A stretch of 64,000 bases of DNA from a candidate division WOR-3 bacterium (GCA_965649295.1 CBFGKH010000007.1:56794-120793), one strand, 5' to 3'; shown: positions 1 to 10,095, numbered from the stretch's first letter. The notes: generated from the letters alone by a model not told the origin. Numbers and translations are program-made.

Positions 1-355
1 CCGCGGGAATCGGTCGGAAGACTGGGCTGGGGTCTCGCGGCGGCACTCCGAAGCGTCAGGCGTAGTTGGGGATGAAGACCCGATAGCGGTAGTCGGTGTA
101 TTGGGCTGAACCGGTGATGTGCTGGTCGAGTTCTGCGACCAGTCGGCTCCGGAATGTGCCGTTGATGCGTTCGTTGCGGCCTGCGCCGATAGCCACGAGA
201 AGGTCCGATGGATGACGGTGAGCCGTCTCACTTCCGGCTCCGCGAAGTGCGCGTGTTCCAACACGCAACCTGCATACCGTCAGTCAGCGCGTTACTGTCA
301 ATATGACATTTTCCGCTGCGGCATCACCCTATGACAATATCGCTCTGCGGCCACA
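1..355 (-). mobile_element. Internally deleted IS1202/ISNCY-like insertion sequence remnant (left end plus transposase fragments)
   Basis: On the minus strand the element starts TGT at 355 and carries two subterminal repeats (TATGACATTTTCCGCTGCGGC ~302-322; TATGACAATATCGCTCTGCGGC ~330-351). Minus-strand translations give EVRRLTVIHR (N-terminus-like), then GRNERINGTFRSRLVAEL...VFIPNYA*RFGVPPRDPSPVFRP, resembling the ISNCY core GRVER.NGTLQDRLVAEL...YN.RFAVPP with an in-frame TGA. Confidence 0.65.
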
Positions 356-371
356 GGCAGCATGTAGCATA

Positions 372-399
372 TTGACAACGGAATAGAGTTCGCTATAGT
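372..399 (+). promoter_or_regulatory. sigma70-type promoter of the S10 operon
   Basis: TTGACA-16 bp-TATAGT. Confidence 0.8.
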
Positions 400-505
400 T
401 TGCAACTTCGCCAGAACGGCGACCGGGCCGACAGCGGACATGGCCCCAAGACAAATCTGTGAACGAAGAACTTCGGAGGCAGCGACCTAGTACGTCTGTT
501 GTGTT

Positions 506-829
506 ATGAGTTCGATAAGAAGTGCAAAGAAAATACGCATAAAGCTGAAGGCATACGACCATCGCGTTCTCGACCAATCGGCGCGCGATATTGTCGATGT
601 TGCCCGGCGAACCGGAGCCCAGGTCTCAGGGCCGGTGCCGCTGCCAACCAAGCGGACGTTGTTCACGGTGTTGCGGTCGCCACACATCGATAAGAAGTCA
701 CGGGAGCAGTTTGAACTGAGGGTTCACAAGCGGCTGGTTGAGATATCGAACGCGACGACTGAGATGGTTGATGCGTTGATGAAGCTGGAAGTGCCGGCTG
801 GCGTTGAAGTGGAGATTAAGTCGGCATGA
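506..829 (+). CDS. rpsJ: 30S ribosomal protein S10
   Basis: [40 protein letters not shown]. Confidence 0.98.
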   Translation: MSSIRSAKKIRIKLKAYDHRVLDQSARDIVDVARRTGAQVSGPVPLPTKRTLFTVLRSPHIDKKSREQFELRVHKRLVEISNATTEMVDALMKLEVPAGVEVEIKSA

Positions 830-1443
830 CGGAGATTATCGGTCACAAGGGCACAATGACTCAGCTCTACGATGAGCAGGGCATTGTCAGGCCGGTAACG
901 GCAATACATGTTCCTAACTGCATAGTTGTGCGCAAGCGGACTAAGCAGACCGATGGATACGAAGCGCTGCAGCTTGGCGTTGGTCAGCTGTCGAAGCGAC
1001 GTTCAACCAAGCCGCTGCTAGGCTATTTCAAGAAAGCAGGAGTTGAACCGCGTGGTGTATTGCGCGAGGTCCGAGTCGATAACGTCGACGACTATAAGAT
1101 AGGTCAGCAATTGGGTGTGGATCTCTTCAAACCCGGCGAAAAGGTAGCTGTGTCAGGAATCACTCGTGGTCGGGGTTTTGCCGGCGGTATGCGGCGTTGG
1201 GGCTGGCACGGCGGGCCACAGACTCACGGCTCGATGAGTCATCGTCGTATTGGCTCACTGGGGTCTGGTACATCGCCAGGTCGAGCGTTGCGTGGTCGAA
1301 CGTTGCCCGGTCACTATGGCGTTGAACGAGTGACGGTGCGTAACCTCAAAGTGGTCAAGGTTGAGGCGGAGCGCGGTGTGCTCTATGTCGAGGGCGCCGT
1401 ACCGGGACATCGTGGCGGGATTGTCCACGTGCGGAAGGTCTAG
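826..1443 (+). CDS. rplC: 50S ribosomal protein L3
   Basis: [34 protein letters not shown]; operon position. Confidence 0.98.
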   Translation: MTEIIGHKGTMTQLYDEQGIVRPVTAIHVPNCIVVRKRTKQTDGYEALQLGVGQLSKRRSTKPLLGYFKKAGVEPRGVLREVRVDNVDDYKIGQQLGVDLFKPGEKVAVSGITRGRGFAGGMRRWGWHGGPQTHGSMSHRRIGSLGSGTSPGRALRGRTLPGHYGVERVTVRNLKVVKVEAERGVLYVEGAVPGHRGGIVHVRKV

Positions 1444-1444
1444 A

Positions 1445-2071
1445 ATGGCACTTGTAACCGTCCTCGGTCGATCCGGAGCAACCGCTAGACAGGCGGAACT
1501 GCCCAGTCAGGTTTTTGAGCGTAAGGGCCGGTCAGGAGTCGTATGGGAGTCGGTTCGTTGTTATCTTGCCAATCAGCGTCAGGGTACGGCAAAGACTAAG
1601 ACTCGCAGTGAAGTGTCGGGTACAGGGAAGAAGCCGTATCGACAGAAACATACTGGCCGAGCGCGACACGGCTCCCGGCGATCACCGATATTCGTCAAAG
1701 GTGGTATTGTCTTCGGTCCTAGGCCGCGTGATTATGGCTACGAGCTGCCCAAGAAACTTCGTAGGCAGGCTATGGCGTTGGCTCTTTCGGCTCGATATGA
1801 AGAAGGGGCGGTAAAAGTCATGGAGGATTTTGAGTTGCCCCAGCCGAAGACAAGAGAGCTTGTTCGAGTCCTGACCGATGTTGGCGTGAGCGGTTCGGTA
1901 TTGCTGCTGGCGAAAACTGTCAGTCGTGAACTCGCGCGTGCTGGCCGGAATCTGCCTTGGCTGACTTTATTGCCAGCGCGTCAGGCCAATCCATACCTTG
2001 TCCTCAGCCATGATGAGGTGCTGTTTACCGAGCAGGGCTTGAAGGACTTGGTCGAATCCATGGGAGTTTAG
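1445..2071 (+). CDS. rplD: 50S ribosomal protein L4
   Basis: [36 protein letters not shown] at 1445 just after the rplC stop. Confidence 0.97.
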   Translation: MALVTVLGRSGATARQAELPSQVFERKGRSGVVWESVRCYLANQRQGTAKTKTRSEVSGTGKKPYRQKHTGRARHGSRRSPIFVKGGIVFGPRPRDYGYELPKKLRRQAMALALSARYEEGAVKVMEDFELPQPKTRELVRVLTDVGVSGSVLLLAKTVSRELARAGRNLPWLTLLPARQANPYLVLSHDEVLFTEQGLKDLVESMGV

Positions 2072-2073
2072 AA

Positions 2074-2361
2074 ATGACTGATGCCACCCGAGTGATTATC
2101 GCGCCGATTGTGACTGAGAAGTCGGAGCGGCTGAAGGGTGAGGCCAGCAAGTATACCTTCCGCGTTGCTCGTACAGCGAACAAGATCGACATCCGGCAGG
2201 CAGTCGAGAAGCTTTTTCGTGTTCATGTCACTGCCGTTCATATTAGCAATTATGCCGGTAAACAGCGTCGGCTCGGTCGATTCGTCGGACGGCGGCCGGA
2301 CTGGAAAAAGGCGGTAGTGACAATCAAGAAGGGTGAGTCGATCGAGGCACTGGAGCGCTAA
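2074..2361 (+). CDS. rplW: 50S ribosomal protein L23
   Basis: IIAPIVTEKS, ANKIDIRQAVEKLF, WKKAVVT. Confidence 0.97.
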   Translation: MTDATRVIIAPIVTEKSERLKGEASKYTFRVARTANKIDIRQAVEKLFRVHVTAVHISNYAGKQRRLGRFVGRRPDWKKAVVTIKKGESIEALER

Positions 2362-3189
2362 ATGGGAATCAAGCAGGCTCGTCCGACCACACCGGCCCGG
2401 CGTTACTACTCTGTTTCGACATTCGAAGAGATTACTCGGCAGGAGCCGTACAAGCCCTTGCTGACCCGCCGCTTGCAGAAGGCAGGTCGCAACAATACTG
2501 GTCGGTTGACGGTGAAGTGCCGTGGTGGCGGCGAGCGCCGACACTATCGGTTGATAGATTTCCGTAGGGACAAGGTCGGCGTTGTTGGTAAGGTTGTGTC
2601 GATTGAGTACGACCCTAATCGGTCGGCCCGCATTGCCCTTGTATCTTACGCTGATGGCGAATACCGCTACATACTCTGTCCCGAAGGACTGCGGCCCGGC
2701 GATACGGTTCTTGCCGGTCGTAACCTACCGATCCGACCTGGCAACACGATGCCACTTTCTGATATTCCGGTTGGTGTTGAGGTCCATAACCTGCAACTTT
2801 ATCCGATGAGCAATTCTTTTCTTGTCCGTTCGGCTGGAACCGCAGCTCAGATTCTGAACCGTGAGGAGGATGCGGTCGTGGTCAAGCTGCCGTCGAGCGA
2901 GATTCGCCGGTTTCACCTTGGTTGCTTGGCAACAGTGGGGCGGGTTTCCAATCCGGAACATAAGGATATCGTTGTCGGTAAGGCCGGTCGCTCGCGTCAT
3001 CGTGGCATTCGGCCACGGGTACGCGCAGTGGCGATGAATCCGATTGACCACCCAATGGGCGGTGGCGAGGGCAAGAGTTCAGGTGGCCGTCATCCTTGCT
3101 CCGAGCGCGGCATTCCGGCCAAGGGTTACAAGACACGTAACCCAAAGAAGCATTCCAGCCGGTTGATCGTTCAGAGGAGAAAGCGCTGA
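2362..3189 (+). CDS. rplB: 50S ribosomal protein L2
   Basis: [34 protein letters not shown]. Confidence 0.99.
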   Translation: MGIKQARPTTPARRYYSVSTFEEITRQEPYKPLLTRRLQKAGRNNTGRLTVKCRGGGERRHYRLIDFRRDKVGVVGKVVSIEYDPNRSARIALVSYADGEYRYILCPEGLRPGDTVLAGRNLPIRPGNTMPLSDIPVGVEVHNLQLYPMSNSFLVRSAGTAAQILNREEDAVVVKLPSSEIRRFHLGCLATVGRVSNPEHKDIVVGKAGRSRHRGIRPRVRAVAMNPIDHPMGGGEGKSSGGRHPCSERGIPAKGYKTRNPKKHSSRLIVQRRKR

Positions 3190-3476
3190 TGGGACGTTCG
3201 CTAAAGAAAGGGCCCTATATTGACGCGAAGCTGTTCAAGCGTGTGGCCGCGTTGGCACCGGGCGAGAAGCGAACAATCAAGACTTATGCCCGGCGTAGCA
3301 TCATCCCTCCCGAGTTTGTCGGACACACAATTGCGGTGCATAACGGCAATCGCTTTCTCCCGGTTTACATTACCGAGCGGATGGTCGGTCACCGATTGGG
3401 TGAGTTTGCGCCAACTCGGACCTTCCGTCAGCATTCGGGGCAGCGCAAGGAAAAGGGCGACGAGAAAAAGGATTAG
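3189..3476 (+). CDS. rpsS: 30S ribosomal protein S19
   Basis: [29 protein letters not shown]. Confidence 0.98.
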   Translation: MGRSLKKGPYIDAKLFKRVAALAPGEKRTIKTYARRSIIPPEFVGHTIAVHNGNRFLPVYITERMVGHRLGEFAPTRTFRQHSGQRKEKGDEKKD

Positions 3477-3482
3477 TAAGCC

Positions 3483-3839
3483 ATGGAAGCCCGCGCAGTT
3501 AGTCGTTACCAGCCCGGTTCAGCCAAGAAGCTGGCGCTCGTTGCTGATCTTATTCGCGGCAAGAGCGTGCCGGCTGCCTTGCAGATACTGACTTTTCTCG
3601 CCAAGCCGTCGAAGGCGCCCGTCATGAAGACACTGCGTTCAGCAGTTGCCAATGCAATTGCCAAGGCTGGCAAGGTAAAGGTGCACGAGGAGGACTTGGT
3701 TGTGACTGAGGTTCGAGTTGATCAAGGACCAGTCCTCAAGCGGTGGCAGCCGGGGCCGCGCGGTTCGGCAACGCCCATACGCAAGCGATCAGTGCACGTT
3801 ACCGTAAAAGTCGCGACTCGTCGAGGAGCTGCAATCTAG
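3483..3839 (+). CDS. rplV: 50S ribosomal protein L22
   Basis: KLALVADLIRGK, LRSAVANA, DQGPVLKRW. Confidence 0.96.
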   Translation: MEARAVSRYQPGSAKKLALVADLIRGKSVPAALQILTFLAKPSKAPVMKTLRSAVANAIAKAGKVKVHEEDLVVTEVRVDQGPVLKRWQPGPRGSATPIRKRSVHVTVKVATRRGAAI

Positions 3840-3840
3840 T

Positions 3841-4482
3841 ATGGGACAGAAGACACACCCGCTTGGTTTCCGCCTCGGTATCACCAAGGATTGGAAATCG
3901 GCTTGGTTTGAGAAGAAGAACTATCGAAACTACCTCCACGAGGACCTGAAGATTCGTCGCTATCTTGAAACCAAGCTGGCTGATGCGATGGTAGCCGATG
4001 TGCAGATCCGACGAGTGGCCAACAGGACTACCGTCACAATCTACACTGCTCGTCCCGGGATGGTCTTTGGTGCAAGACGTCAGGCGCTTGATGCACTGCG
4101 CGAAGAGATGAAGCAGCTTGTTGGTCGCGATGTTCAGGTATTAGTTGAGGTTGTACGTGTGCCGGAACTCGAGTCTCGGCTTGTTGCCCAGAACGTTGCT
4201 CGTCAACTGGAGCAGCGTGTTGCTCATCGAAGGGCAATGAAGCGGGCAGTGACTCAAGCCATGCGATTGGGCGCTCAGGGCATCAAGGTGATGGTGGCAG
4301 GCCGTCTTGGCGGTAACGAAATTGCCCGTTCTGAATGGTATCGGGAGGGACGAGTTCCCCTGCAGACATTGCGAGCTGACATCGACTATGCAGTCGAGAC
4401 TGCGCATACTGTTGCCGGCACGGTCGGCGTGAAGGTATGGATATACAAGGGCGATGTACAATCGCCCCAGCCACGGAGTTAG
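3841..4482 (+). CDS. rpsC: 30S ribosomal protein S3
   Basis: MGQKTHPLGFRLGI, GRVPLQTLRADIDY. Confidence 0.99.
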   Translation: MGQKTHPLGFRLGITKDWKSAWFEKKNYRNYLHEDLKIRRYLETKLADAMVADVQIRRVANRTTVTIYTARPGMVFGARRQALDALREEMKQLVGRDVQVLVEVVRVPELESRLVAQNVARQLEQRVAHRRAMKRAVTQAMRLGAQGIKVMVAGRLGGNEIARSEWYREGRVPLQTLRADIDYAVETAHTVAGTVGVKVWIYKGDVQSPQPRS

Positions 4483-4485
4483 CCC

Positions 4486-4914
4486 ATGCTGATGCCGAAG
4501 CGAGTAAAATACCGGCGAGCGATGCGCGGCCGGATGAAGGGTAAGGCGACTCGGATGAATAGCATTGACTTTGGCGAGCATGGTCTGGTGGCGCTTGAAC
4601 CGTGTTGGGTGACGGCCCGTCAGATTGAGGCAGCGCGGGTCTGCCTTTCCAAGTCGCTCAAGCGAACGGGCAAGCTCTGGGTACGCCTCTTTCCAGATAA
4701 GCCGGTGTCGAAGAAGCCAGCTGAGTCACGAATGGGTAAGGGTAAGGGAACGCCAGAGTTCTGGGTTGCGGTCGTAAAGCCGGGTACAGTCATGTTTGAA
4801 CTCGGCGGTCTGCCGGAAAAGGAAGCGCATCACGCCTTGCGGCTCGCTGGCTCGAAGATGCCGTGCCGTACGCGGATCATGGTTCGCGAGGAGATGGCTT
4901 ATGAAGGCTTCTGA
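4486..4914 (+). CDS. rplP: 50S ribosomal protein L16
   Basis: [25 protein letters not shown]. Confidence 0.98.
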   Translation: MLMPKRVKYRRAMRGRMKGKATRMNSIDFGEHGLVALEPCWVTARQIEAARVCLSKSLKRTGKLWVRLFPDKPVSKKPAESRMGKGKGTPEFWVAVVKPGTVMFELGGLPEKEAHHALRLAGSKMPCRTRIMVREEMAYEGF

Positions 4915-5116
4915 ACTGCGCGAGATGACTCGTGAGGAGATTGTCCGACGGCTGGCTGAGCTTCAGGACGAACAGTTCAAGCTGCGGCTGCGGGCGACGA
5001 CGGAGACACTCCCCAACCCCGTGCGCCAGCGTCTGCTGCGGCGTGACATTGCCCGTTGCAAGACAGTGCTAGCTGAGCTGGACCGGGCGACAGCGGAGAA
5101 GAAGAGCGATGAGTGA
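4901..5116 (+). CDS. rpmC: 50S ribosomal protein L29
   Basis: [10 protein letters not shown]...[14 protein letters not shown] at 4901 with GAGGAG upstream. Confidence 0.95.
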   Translation: MKASELREMTREEIVRRLAELQDEQFKLRLRATTETLPNPVRQRLLRRDIARCKTVLAELDRATAEKKSDE

Positions 5117-5348
5117 ACGACGGCGCACAGCGATTGGCGTGGTCAAGTCCGCCAAAATGCAGAAGACAGTGGTTGTTGCGATTGAGCGGCTTGAGTTGCA
5201 TCCGAAGTATAAGAAGTACATTCGCAAGCGGACGAAACTCTATGCGCACGATGAGAAGGCTGATTGTGTTGAGGGCGACCGGGTGCTGGTTGCTGAGACA
5301 CGGCCTTTGTCTCGACTGAAGCGCTGGCGGGTGGTGAAGAAGTTATGA
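5109..5348 (+). CDS. rpsQ: 30S ribosomal protein S17
   Basis: [32 protein letters not shown]. Confidence 0.97.
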   Translation: MSERRRTAIGVVKSAKMQKTVVVAIERLELHPKYKKYIRKRTKLYAHDEKADCVEGDRVLVAETRPLSRLKRWRVVKKL

Positions 5349-5713
5349 TTCAGGAATACAGCCGGCTGGTAGTTGCTGATAATTCTGGTGCGCGTGAAGC
5401 AATGGTTATCAAAATCTACGGGGGCTCGAAACGTCGTTTCGGTTGGCTGGGCGATACTGTTTTTGTGACAATCAAAGATGCGTTGCCTAACGGTGCAATT
5501 AAGCCCGGCGACAAATCGAAAGCGGTGGTCGTGCGTACGCGCAAGGAGCATCGACGACCGGATGGCACTTACGTTCGATTTGACGACAACGCCTGTGTCT
5601 TGATTGATGATAAGGGTGAGCCCAAGGGAACACGTGTCTTCGGTCCGGTGGCTCGGGAGCTGCGCGAGCGCAAGTTCATGAAGATAATCTCGCTGGCCGC
5701 AGAGGTTGTGTGA
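5345..5713 (+). CDS. rplN: 50S ribosomal protein L14
   Basis: [32 protein letters not shown]. Confidence 0.99.
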   Translation: MIQEYSRLVVADNSGAREAMVIKIYGGSKRRFGWLGDTVFVTIKDALPNGAIKPGDKSKAVVVRTRKEHRRPDGTYVRFDDNACVLIDDKGEPKGTRVFGPVARELRERKFMKIISLAAEVV

Positions 5714-6033
5714 TGAATCTGCGCAAGAATGACCTGGTCGAAGTTATCACTGGGGAGGAACGTGGTCGGCGGGGCAAGATTCTGCGGGTCGAGCGTAGTC
5801 GGACTGGTCGTTGGCGGGTGATCGTGGAGGGTCTGAACCTGGCAAAGAAGCATCAGCGCACGAAGGGTGCCAACAAGCCCGGTGGGATCGTTGACCTACC
5901 CAATGCCATCGATGCATCGAATGTAGTTCTTCTTTGTCCCAAATGCGGTAAGCGAACCCGGGTACGGCGCGAGCTCCACGAAGATCGACGTGTTCGTGTC
6001 TGCCGCGAGTGTGATGAGATTATCGACGTATGA
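5713..6033 (+). CDS. rplX: 50S ribosomal protein L24
   Basis: KOW motif [32 protein letters not shown]-terminal CPKC...CREC. Confidence 0.96.
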   Translation: MNLRKNDLVEVITGEERGRRGKILRVERSRTGRWRVIVEGLNLAKKHQRTKGANKPGGIVDLPNAIDASNVVLLCPKCGKRTRVRRELHEDRRVRVCRECDEIIDV

Positions 6034-6578
6034 GCGAATCAAGACTAAAGCAGGAGTACCGTCAGCGGATCGTACCGGCATTGATCAGGCAGTTCGGCTA
6101 CACCAATCGCCATCAGGTTCCACGGCTGGCTAAGGTTGTTGTGAATGTGACAACCAAAGACGCCGTTGCCGATGCCAAGGTGCTAGATACAATTGCTGAG
6201 GACTTGGCGGCGGTGACGGGACAGCGACCGGTTCGAACCTACGCCAAACGAGCAATCTCGGCGTTCAAGATCCGCCAAGGCATGCCGATAGGTGTCAAGG
6301 TTACACTGCGTGGCGACCGAATGTTTGAGTTCATCGACCGTCTATTTAACTTCGCTGCGCCACAGATACGAGATTTCCGTGGTTTTCCGACCGACTCTTT
6401 TGACGGTCGTGGCGGTTACAGTCTCGGATTGCAGGAGCAGGTAATTTTCCCGGAACTTGAGGTATCAAAAGTGAAGAAGATCTTCGGTATGAATATAACG
6501 TTCCATACGACTGCTCGACGCGACGATGAGGCCAAAGCGTTGTTGGCCGAGCTGGGCCTGCCTTTTGCCCGAGGATAG
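6030..6578 (+). CDS. rplE: 50S ribosomal protein L5
   Basis: VPRLAKVVVN, FKIRQGMPIGVKVTLRG, IRDFRG. Confidence 0.99.
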   Translation: MSESRLKQEYRQRIVPALIRQFGYTNRHQVPRLAKVVVNVTTKDAVADAKVLDTIAEDLAAVTGQRPVRTYAKRAISAFKIRQGMPIGVKVTLRGDRMFEFIDRLFNFAAPQIRDFRGFPTDSFDGRGGYSLGLQEQVIFPELEVSKVKKIFGMNITFHTTARRDDEAKALLAELGLPFARG

Positions 6579-6581
6579 CCG

Positions 6582-6767
6582 ATGGCACGCCGCTGCTGGA
6601 TCGTTAAATCACAACGCGAGCCGAAGTTCAAGGTGCGGCGTTACACTCGTTGCCAGCGTTGCTTCCGGCAACGGGCGGTCTATCGTAAGTTCGCGCTTTG
6701 TCGGATTTGTTTCCGGGAGCTGGCACTGCGCGGCGAGATTCCAGGCGTGCGCAAGGCAACCTGGTAG
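6582..6767 (+). CDS. rpsN: 30S ribosomal protein S14, type Z (zinc-binding)
   Basis: 61 aa; RCQRC...[20 protein letters not shown]. Confidence 0.97.
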   Translation: MARRCWIVKSQREPKFKVRRYTRCQRCFRQRAVYRKFALCRICFRELALRGEIPGVRKATW

Positions 6768-6778
6768 GAGGCAAGTCA

Positions 6779-7168
6779 TTGGACACGTTTGCTGACTTTC
6801 TGACTCGCGTGCGCAACGGTCTGCGAAGCCGGCAGCGGGACGTGCGTGTGCCCTATTCGCGACTGAAGTACGAGGTCGCACGGGTGCTGTTGGAAGAGGG
6901 ATTTATCAGCAATTTCTCGGTGGATGGTGACGGGCCGCGGCGGCAGATTGTTGTGACGCTGAAGTATGACGATACTGGAAAATCGGTTATTCGTGGCATC
7001 AGGCTGGTTTCGCGTCAGAGCCGTCGGGTATATGTTGGCGTAGACGAGATCCCACGAGTTATTGGTGGTCTCGGTGTTGCAATTCTGACAACGCCACAGG
7101 GAATAGTTACTGACCGCGAGGCGCGCCGCAAGGGCGTCGGTGGCGAAGTACTCTGTAAGGTGTGGTAG
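6779..7168 (+). CDS. rpsH: 30S ribosomal protein S8
   Basis: (M)DTFADFLTRVRNG, GGLGVAILTTPQG, VGGEVLC; TTG start at 6779 with AGGAGG at 6766-6771. Confidence 0.96.
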   Translation: MDTFADFLTRVRNGLRSRQRDVRVPYSRLKYEVARVLLEEGFISNFSVDGDGPRRQIVVTLKYDDTGKSVIRGIRLVSRQSRRVYVGVDEIPRVIGGLGVAILTTPQGIVTDREARRKGVGGEVLCKVW

Positions 7169-7171
7169 CAG

Positions 7172-7741
7172 ATGGCCAAGGCTTATCGACCGATTCCCGT
7201 GCCGCCCGGTGTCGAAATCAAGACTGCTGACGACAAGGTGACAGTCAAGGGTAAGCTGGGTACGCTCGATATTCGCTTGCACCCAGGTGTGACGGTCAAG
7301 ATTGAACAAGGCGCTCTCGTTGTTTCTGCAGCGCCTGATGTTGAACGGGCGCACATCGGAACGACGCGTGCTTTGATCGCAAACGCCTTCACCGGTGTGA
7401 CTACGGGATTCAGCAAGGTGCTGGAAGTGCGAGGAATGGGCTATCGGGCCCAGAAAACCAAGGACGGGGTACAGATTCTCTGCGGCTATTCCCATCCGGT
7501 TGATATTGTCGCGCCGCCGGGAGTAACCTTTGAGGTATCGCAGGTGCCTGACCCCGACGATCCTAAGATTCAGATGCACGAGATTACGGTGAAGGGAGTT
7601 GACCGACAGGCGGTCGGAGAAATCGCTGCTGAGATTCGTGCCTGGAAGCCGCCGGACAACTACCTTGGTAAGGGTATTCGCTACAAGCACGAGCGCGTCA
7701 TAAAGAAACAGGGCAAACGTGCGGCCGGGGCGCAGGCCTAA
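7172..7741 (+). CDS. rplF: 50S ribosomal protein L6
   Basis: GTTRALIAN, GMGYRA, GYSHPV, PPDNYLGKGIRY. Confidence 0.97.
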   Translation: MAKAYRPIPVPPGVEIKTADDKVTVKGKLGTLDIRLHPGVTVKIEQGALVVSAAPDVERAHIGTTRALIANAFTGVTTGFSKVLEVRGMGYRAQKTKDGVQILCGYSHPVDIVAPPGVTFEVSQVPDPDDPKIQMHEITVKGVDRQAVGEIAAEIRAWKPPDNYLGKGIRYKHERVIKKQGKRAAGAQA

Positions 7742-7789
7742 CGGCTAGCTTTAGACAATTCGTCTGTCGTCTGATACCTTAGATAGCGC

Positions 7790-7817
7790 TTGACCACGGT
7801 GTTGGTTGAGTTAGTCT
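7790..7817 (+). promoter_or_regulatory. sigma70-type promoter of tRNA-Glu
   Basis: TTGACC-16 bp-TAGTCT, 11 nt before the tRNA 5' end. Confidence 0.75.
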
Positions 7818-7828
7818 TGGAGCAGGGC

Positions 7829-7903
7829 GGCCCCATCGTCTAGTCTGGCCCAGGACATCTGGTTCTCAGCCAGAAGACTGGGGTTCAAATCCCCATGGGG
7901 CTA
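7829..7903 (+). tRNA. tRNA-Glu(CTC), CCA not encoded
   Basis: Cloverleaf: GGCCCCA/TGGGGCT acceptor stem, TCTGG-TT CTC AG-CCAGA anticodon arm, TGGGG-TTCAAAT-CCCCA T arm. Confidence 0.96.
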
Positions 7904-8684
7904 TGGAAGAGACGGCGCCAGTGCGCCGTCTCATGTCTTTGCTAGCCAGTGCCGGCTGGTCGATGCAAGGGTAGGGCAGATAGGCCGGCTTCAGGTTGTG
8001 GATGCCCCAGAACAGGTTCGCTTCGATGCGTGGATTGGTTCGTGCTAGGCGTTTGAGAAAGCGTCGGATAGCGGTCCGCTGGCCAGATGATTCGTATGGA
8101 CAGCGATTGCGTATCGGTTTGGTCCCGGTTAGCACCAGGTAGCGGTGGATCAACTGGCGGTCAAAGTAGTAAAGCGGACGGATGACTTCGATCGCACCGT
8201 GCGCCAGTTTCTGTCGCAATGTGAAGGTTGCCGCTGATGCAGTGAAAAGCAGATTCAGAAGGTAGGTTTCGACCACATCCCCGCGGTGATGACCGAACAA
8301 GACCTTGTGGCAGCCTAGGAGCTGGGCTGTGGTGAAAAGATAGCGTCGTCGTTGCCGTGAACAGACGTAGCAGGGATTCTCGTGACTTGCTTGCAGACGG
8401 GCCGGGATGTCGGCAGATTTGACTGTGCAGTCGAGGCCCATCCGACTGCAGATTCTGACAACACGATGCGAATTCCAGTTGGCGAAACCAGGGTCAATGT
8501 GGACCGGCAGTATCTGCCATCTCTGATTTGTGCGCTGATTATGCTCACGTAGTAGGTGAAGCAGGCAGAAACTGTCGGCACCGCCGGAGACAGCGACGAC
8601 AAAACGCTCGCCAGATTCGAGCAAGCGGTTACGGTGAATTGTGCGTTGAAACAGTCGGCGAGCGGTTCCGACAGTTCCGCTCAT
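7866..8684 (-). CDS. ttcA: TtcA-family tRNA 2-thiocytidine biosynthesis protein (PP-loop ATPase)
   Basis: AVSGGADS PP-loop, PCYVCSRQRR, GHHRGD, IRPL, RCP. Confidence 0.8.
   Translation of the reverse strand: MSGTVGTARRLFQRTIHRNRLLESGERFVVAVSGGADSFCLLHLLREHNQRTNQRWQILPVHIDPGFANWNSHRVVRICSRMGLDCTVKSADIPARLQASHENPCYVCSRQRRRYLFTTAQLLGCHKVLFGHHRGDVVETYLLNLLFTASAATFTLRQKLAHGAIEVIRPLYYFDRQLIHRYLVLTGTKPIRNRCPYESSGQRTAIRRFLKRLARTNPRIEANLFWGIHNLKPAYLPYPCIDQPALASKDMRRRTGAVSSIAPWGFEPQSSG
7909..7940 (+). terminator. Hairpin terminator after tRNA-Glu
   Basis: GAGACGGCGC-CAGT-GCGCCGTCTC perfect 10-bp stem followed by ATGTCTTT. Confidence 0.65.
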
Positions 8685-8696
8685 CGGTCGGTTTGG

Positions 8697-10061
8697 CTAG
8701 TCGCTTGGCAAAGCAATACCAGGAAAGGCGCGGAGTCTTTCGTAGAAGAGTTGCTTGATTTCGGTGAGCCGAGATTCGGTACGTGCCTCAAAACGGAGGA
8801 CGAGTACCGGTTGAGTATTCGAAGCGCGAACCAATCCCCAGCCGTCAGGGAAAATGACCCGCACGCCGTCAATGTCGATTACCGGGTAGCGTTCCTTGAA
8901 GTAACGCGTGAGCTCGGCGACGACCTGGAACTTCGTCTGGTCCGGGCAGTCAACGCGGATTTCCGGAGTGGCAAAGTAGCTAGGCATGTCAGCAGCCAGC
9001 TCCGAGAGCCGACGACCGGTGTGGGCAATGATACGTAGAAGTCTTAGTGCAGCGAAGATTGCATCGTCGTAGCCGTAGTAGTCGTCCGCAAAGAACATGT
9101 GACCAGACATCTCACCGGCCAGCAAAGCCCCGACTTCTTTCATCTTGGCTTTAATCAGAGAATGGCCGGTCTTGTACATCAATGGGCGTCCGCCGATACG
9201 TTCAATATACTCGACCAAAGCCTGTGAGCACTTTACTTCGAAGACGATGGTCGCGCCAGGATGACGTTCGATTACTTCACGACTGCAGATGCCAAGCAAC
9301 CTGTCGCCATAGACAATTTTGCCCGTTTCGTCGAGGGCCCCGATGCGGTCGGCGTCGCCATCGAAACCTATGCCGCAATCAGCATTGTTTGCCCGAACTA
9401 GCTCAGCCGCCTGTTGCATGTAGTCAGGTACAGTCGGGTCGGGGACGTGAGCCGGGAAAGTGCCATCGGGATCAAGGTTGATGAAAATGGGCCGAACAGC
9501 CGTGCCGGCAAAGAGGCGTTCAAGCAGCACGCCAGCAGTACCGTTGCCGGGGTCAAACACTACCCGTAGCGGAACCGGAATTTCGACGCGGGAGCGGAGT
9601 AGCTCGATGTAGGCCGGCAGGACGTCAACCTGTTGCTGTGAGCCAGTGCCAGCGCGAAATTGTCCTGATTCTGTCAGTCGGCGCAGAACCTGAATTTCTT
9701 CGCCATAGATCGTTGTCTTATTGAGACTCACCTTGAAACCATTAAACTCAGGTGGATTGTGGCTAGCGGTTACCATCATACCGGCGTTACAGTTGAGATG
9801 AAAGGTGGCAAAGTAGAAGACTGGTGTTGGTACGACGCCGATATCAATTACGCTAACTCCGGTTGCATTGAGTCCGGCACTGAGCGCCGCTTGAATGCGA
9901 GGACCGGAGAGCCGAACATCCCGGCCGACAATGCAGCGGTCGATGCCACGGTCACGGGCATAGGTGCCGAATGCCTGGCCTAGGCGAAAAACGTCGTTAT
10001 CGCCAAGGTCGGTAGTGGCGATGCCGCGGATGTCGTATTCGCGGAAGATAAGCGGATTCAT
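8697..10061 (-). CDS. Phosphomannomutase/phosphoglucomutase
   Basis: IFREYDIRG, TASHNP, FDGDADR, GEMSGH, RASNTQP. Confidence 0.96.
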   Translation of the reverse strand: MNPLIFREYDIRGIATTDLGDNDVFRLGQAFGTYARDRGIDRCIVGRDVRLSGPRIQAALSAGLNATGVSVIDIGVVPTPVFYFATFHLNCNAGMMVTASHNPPEFNGFKVSLNKTTIYGEEIQVLRRLTESGQFRAGTGSQQQVDVLPAYIELLRSRVEIPVPLRVVFDPGNGTAGVLLERLFAGTAVRPIFINLDPDGTFPAHVPDPTVPDYMQQAAELVRANNADCGIGFDGDADRIGALDETGKIVYGDRLLGICSREVIERHPGATIVFEVKCSQALVEYIERIGGRPLMYKTGHSLIKAKMKEVGALLAGEMSGHMFFADDYYGYDDAIFAALRLLRIIAHTGRRLSELAADMPSYFATPEIRVDCPDQTKFQVVAELTRYFKERYPVIDIDGVRVIFPDGWGLVRASNTQPVLVLRFEARTESRLTEIKQLFYERLRAFPGIALPSD

Positions 10062-10067
10062 GGCTGA

Positions 10068-10095
10068 ATCCTAGCGGAATCGTTTACCAGCGCAA
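10068..10095 (-). promoter_or_regulatory. Promoter giving a probable leaderless PMM/PGM mRNA
   Basis: TTGCGC-16 bp-TAGGAT-6 nt-ATG; no SD. Confidence 0.6.

Noticed and set aside
356..400. dif/XerCD site next to the IS1202-like end
   Set aside because: Some IS1202-family elements target xrs sites, but the flank has no TTATGTTAAAT-like XerD arm.
6776..7690. 304-aa minus-strand ORF
   Set aside because: Antisense shadow of rpsH/rplF; no recognisable motifs.
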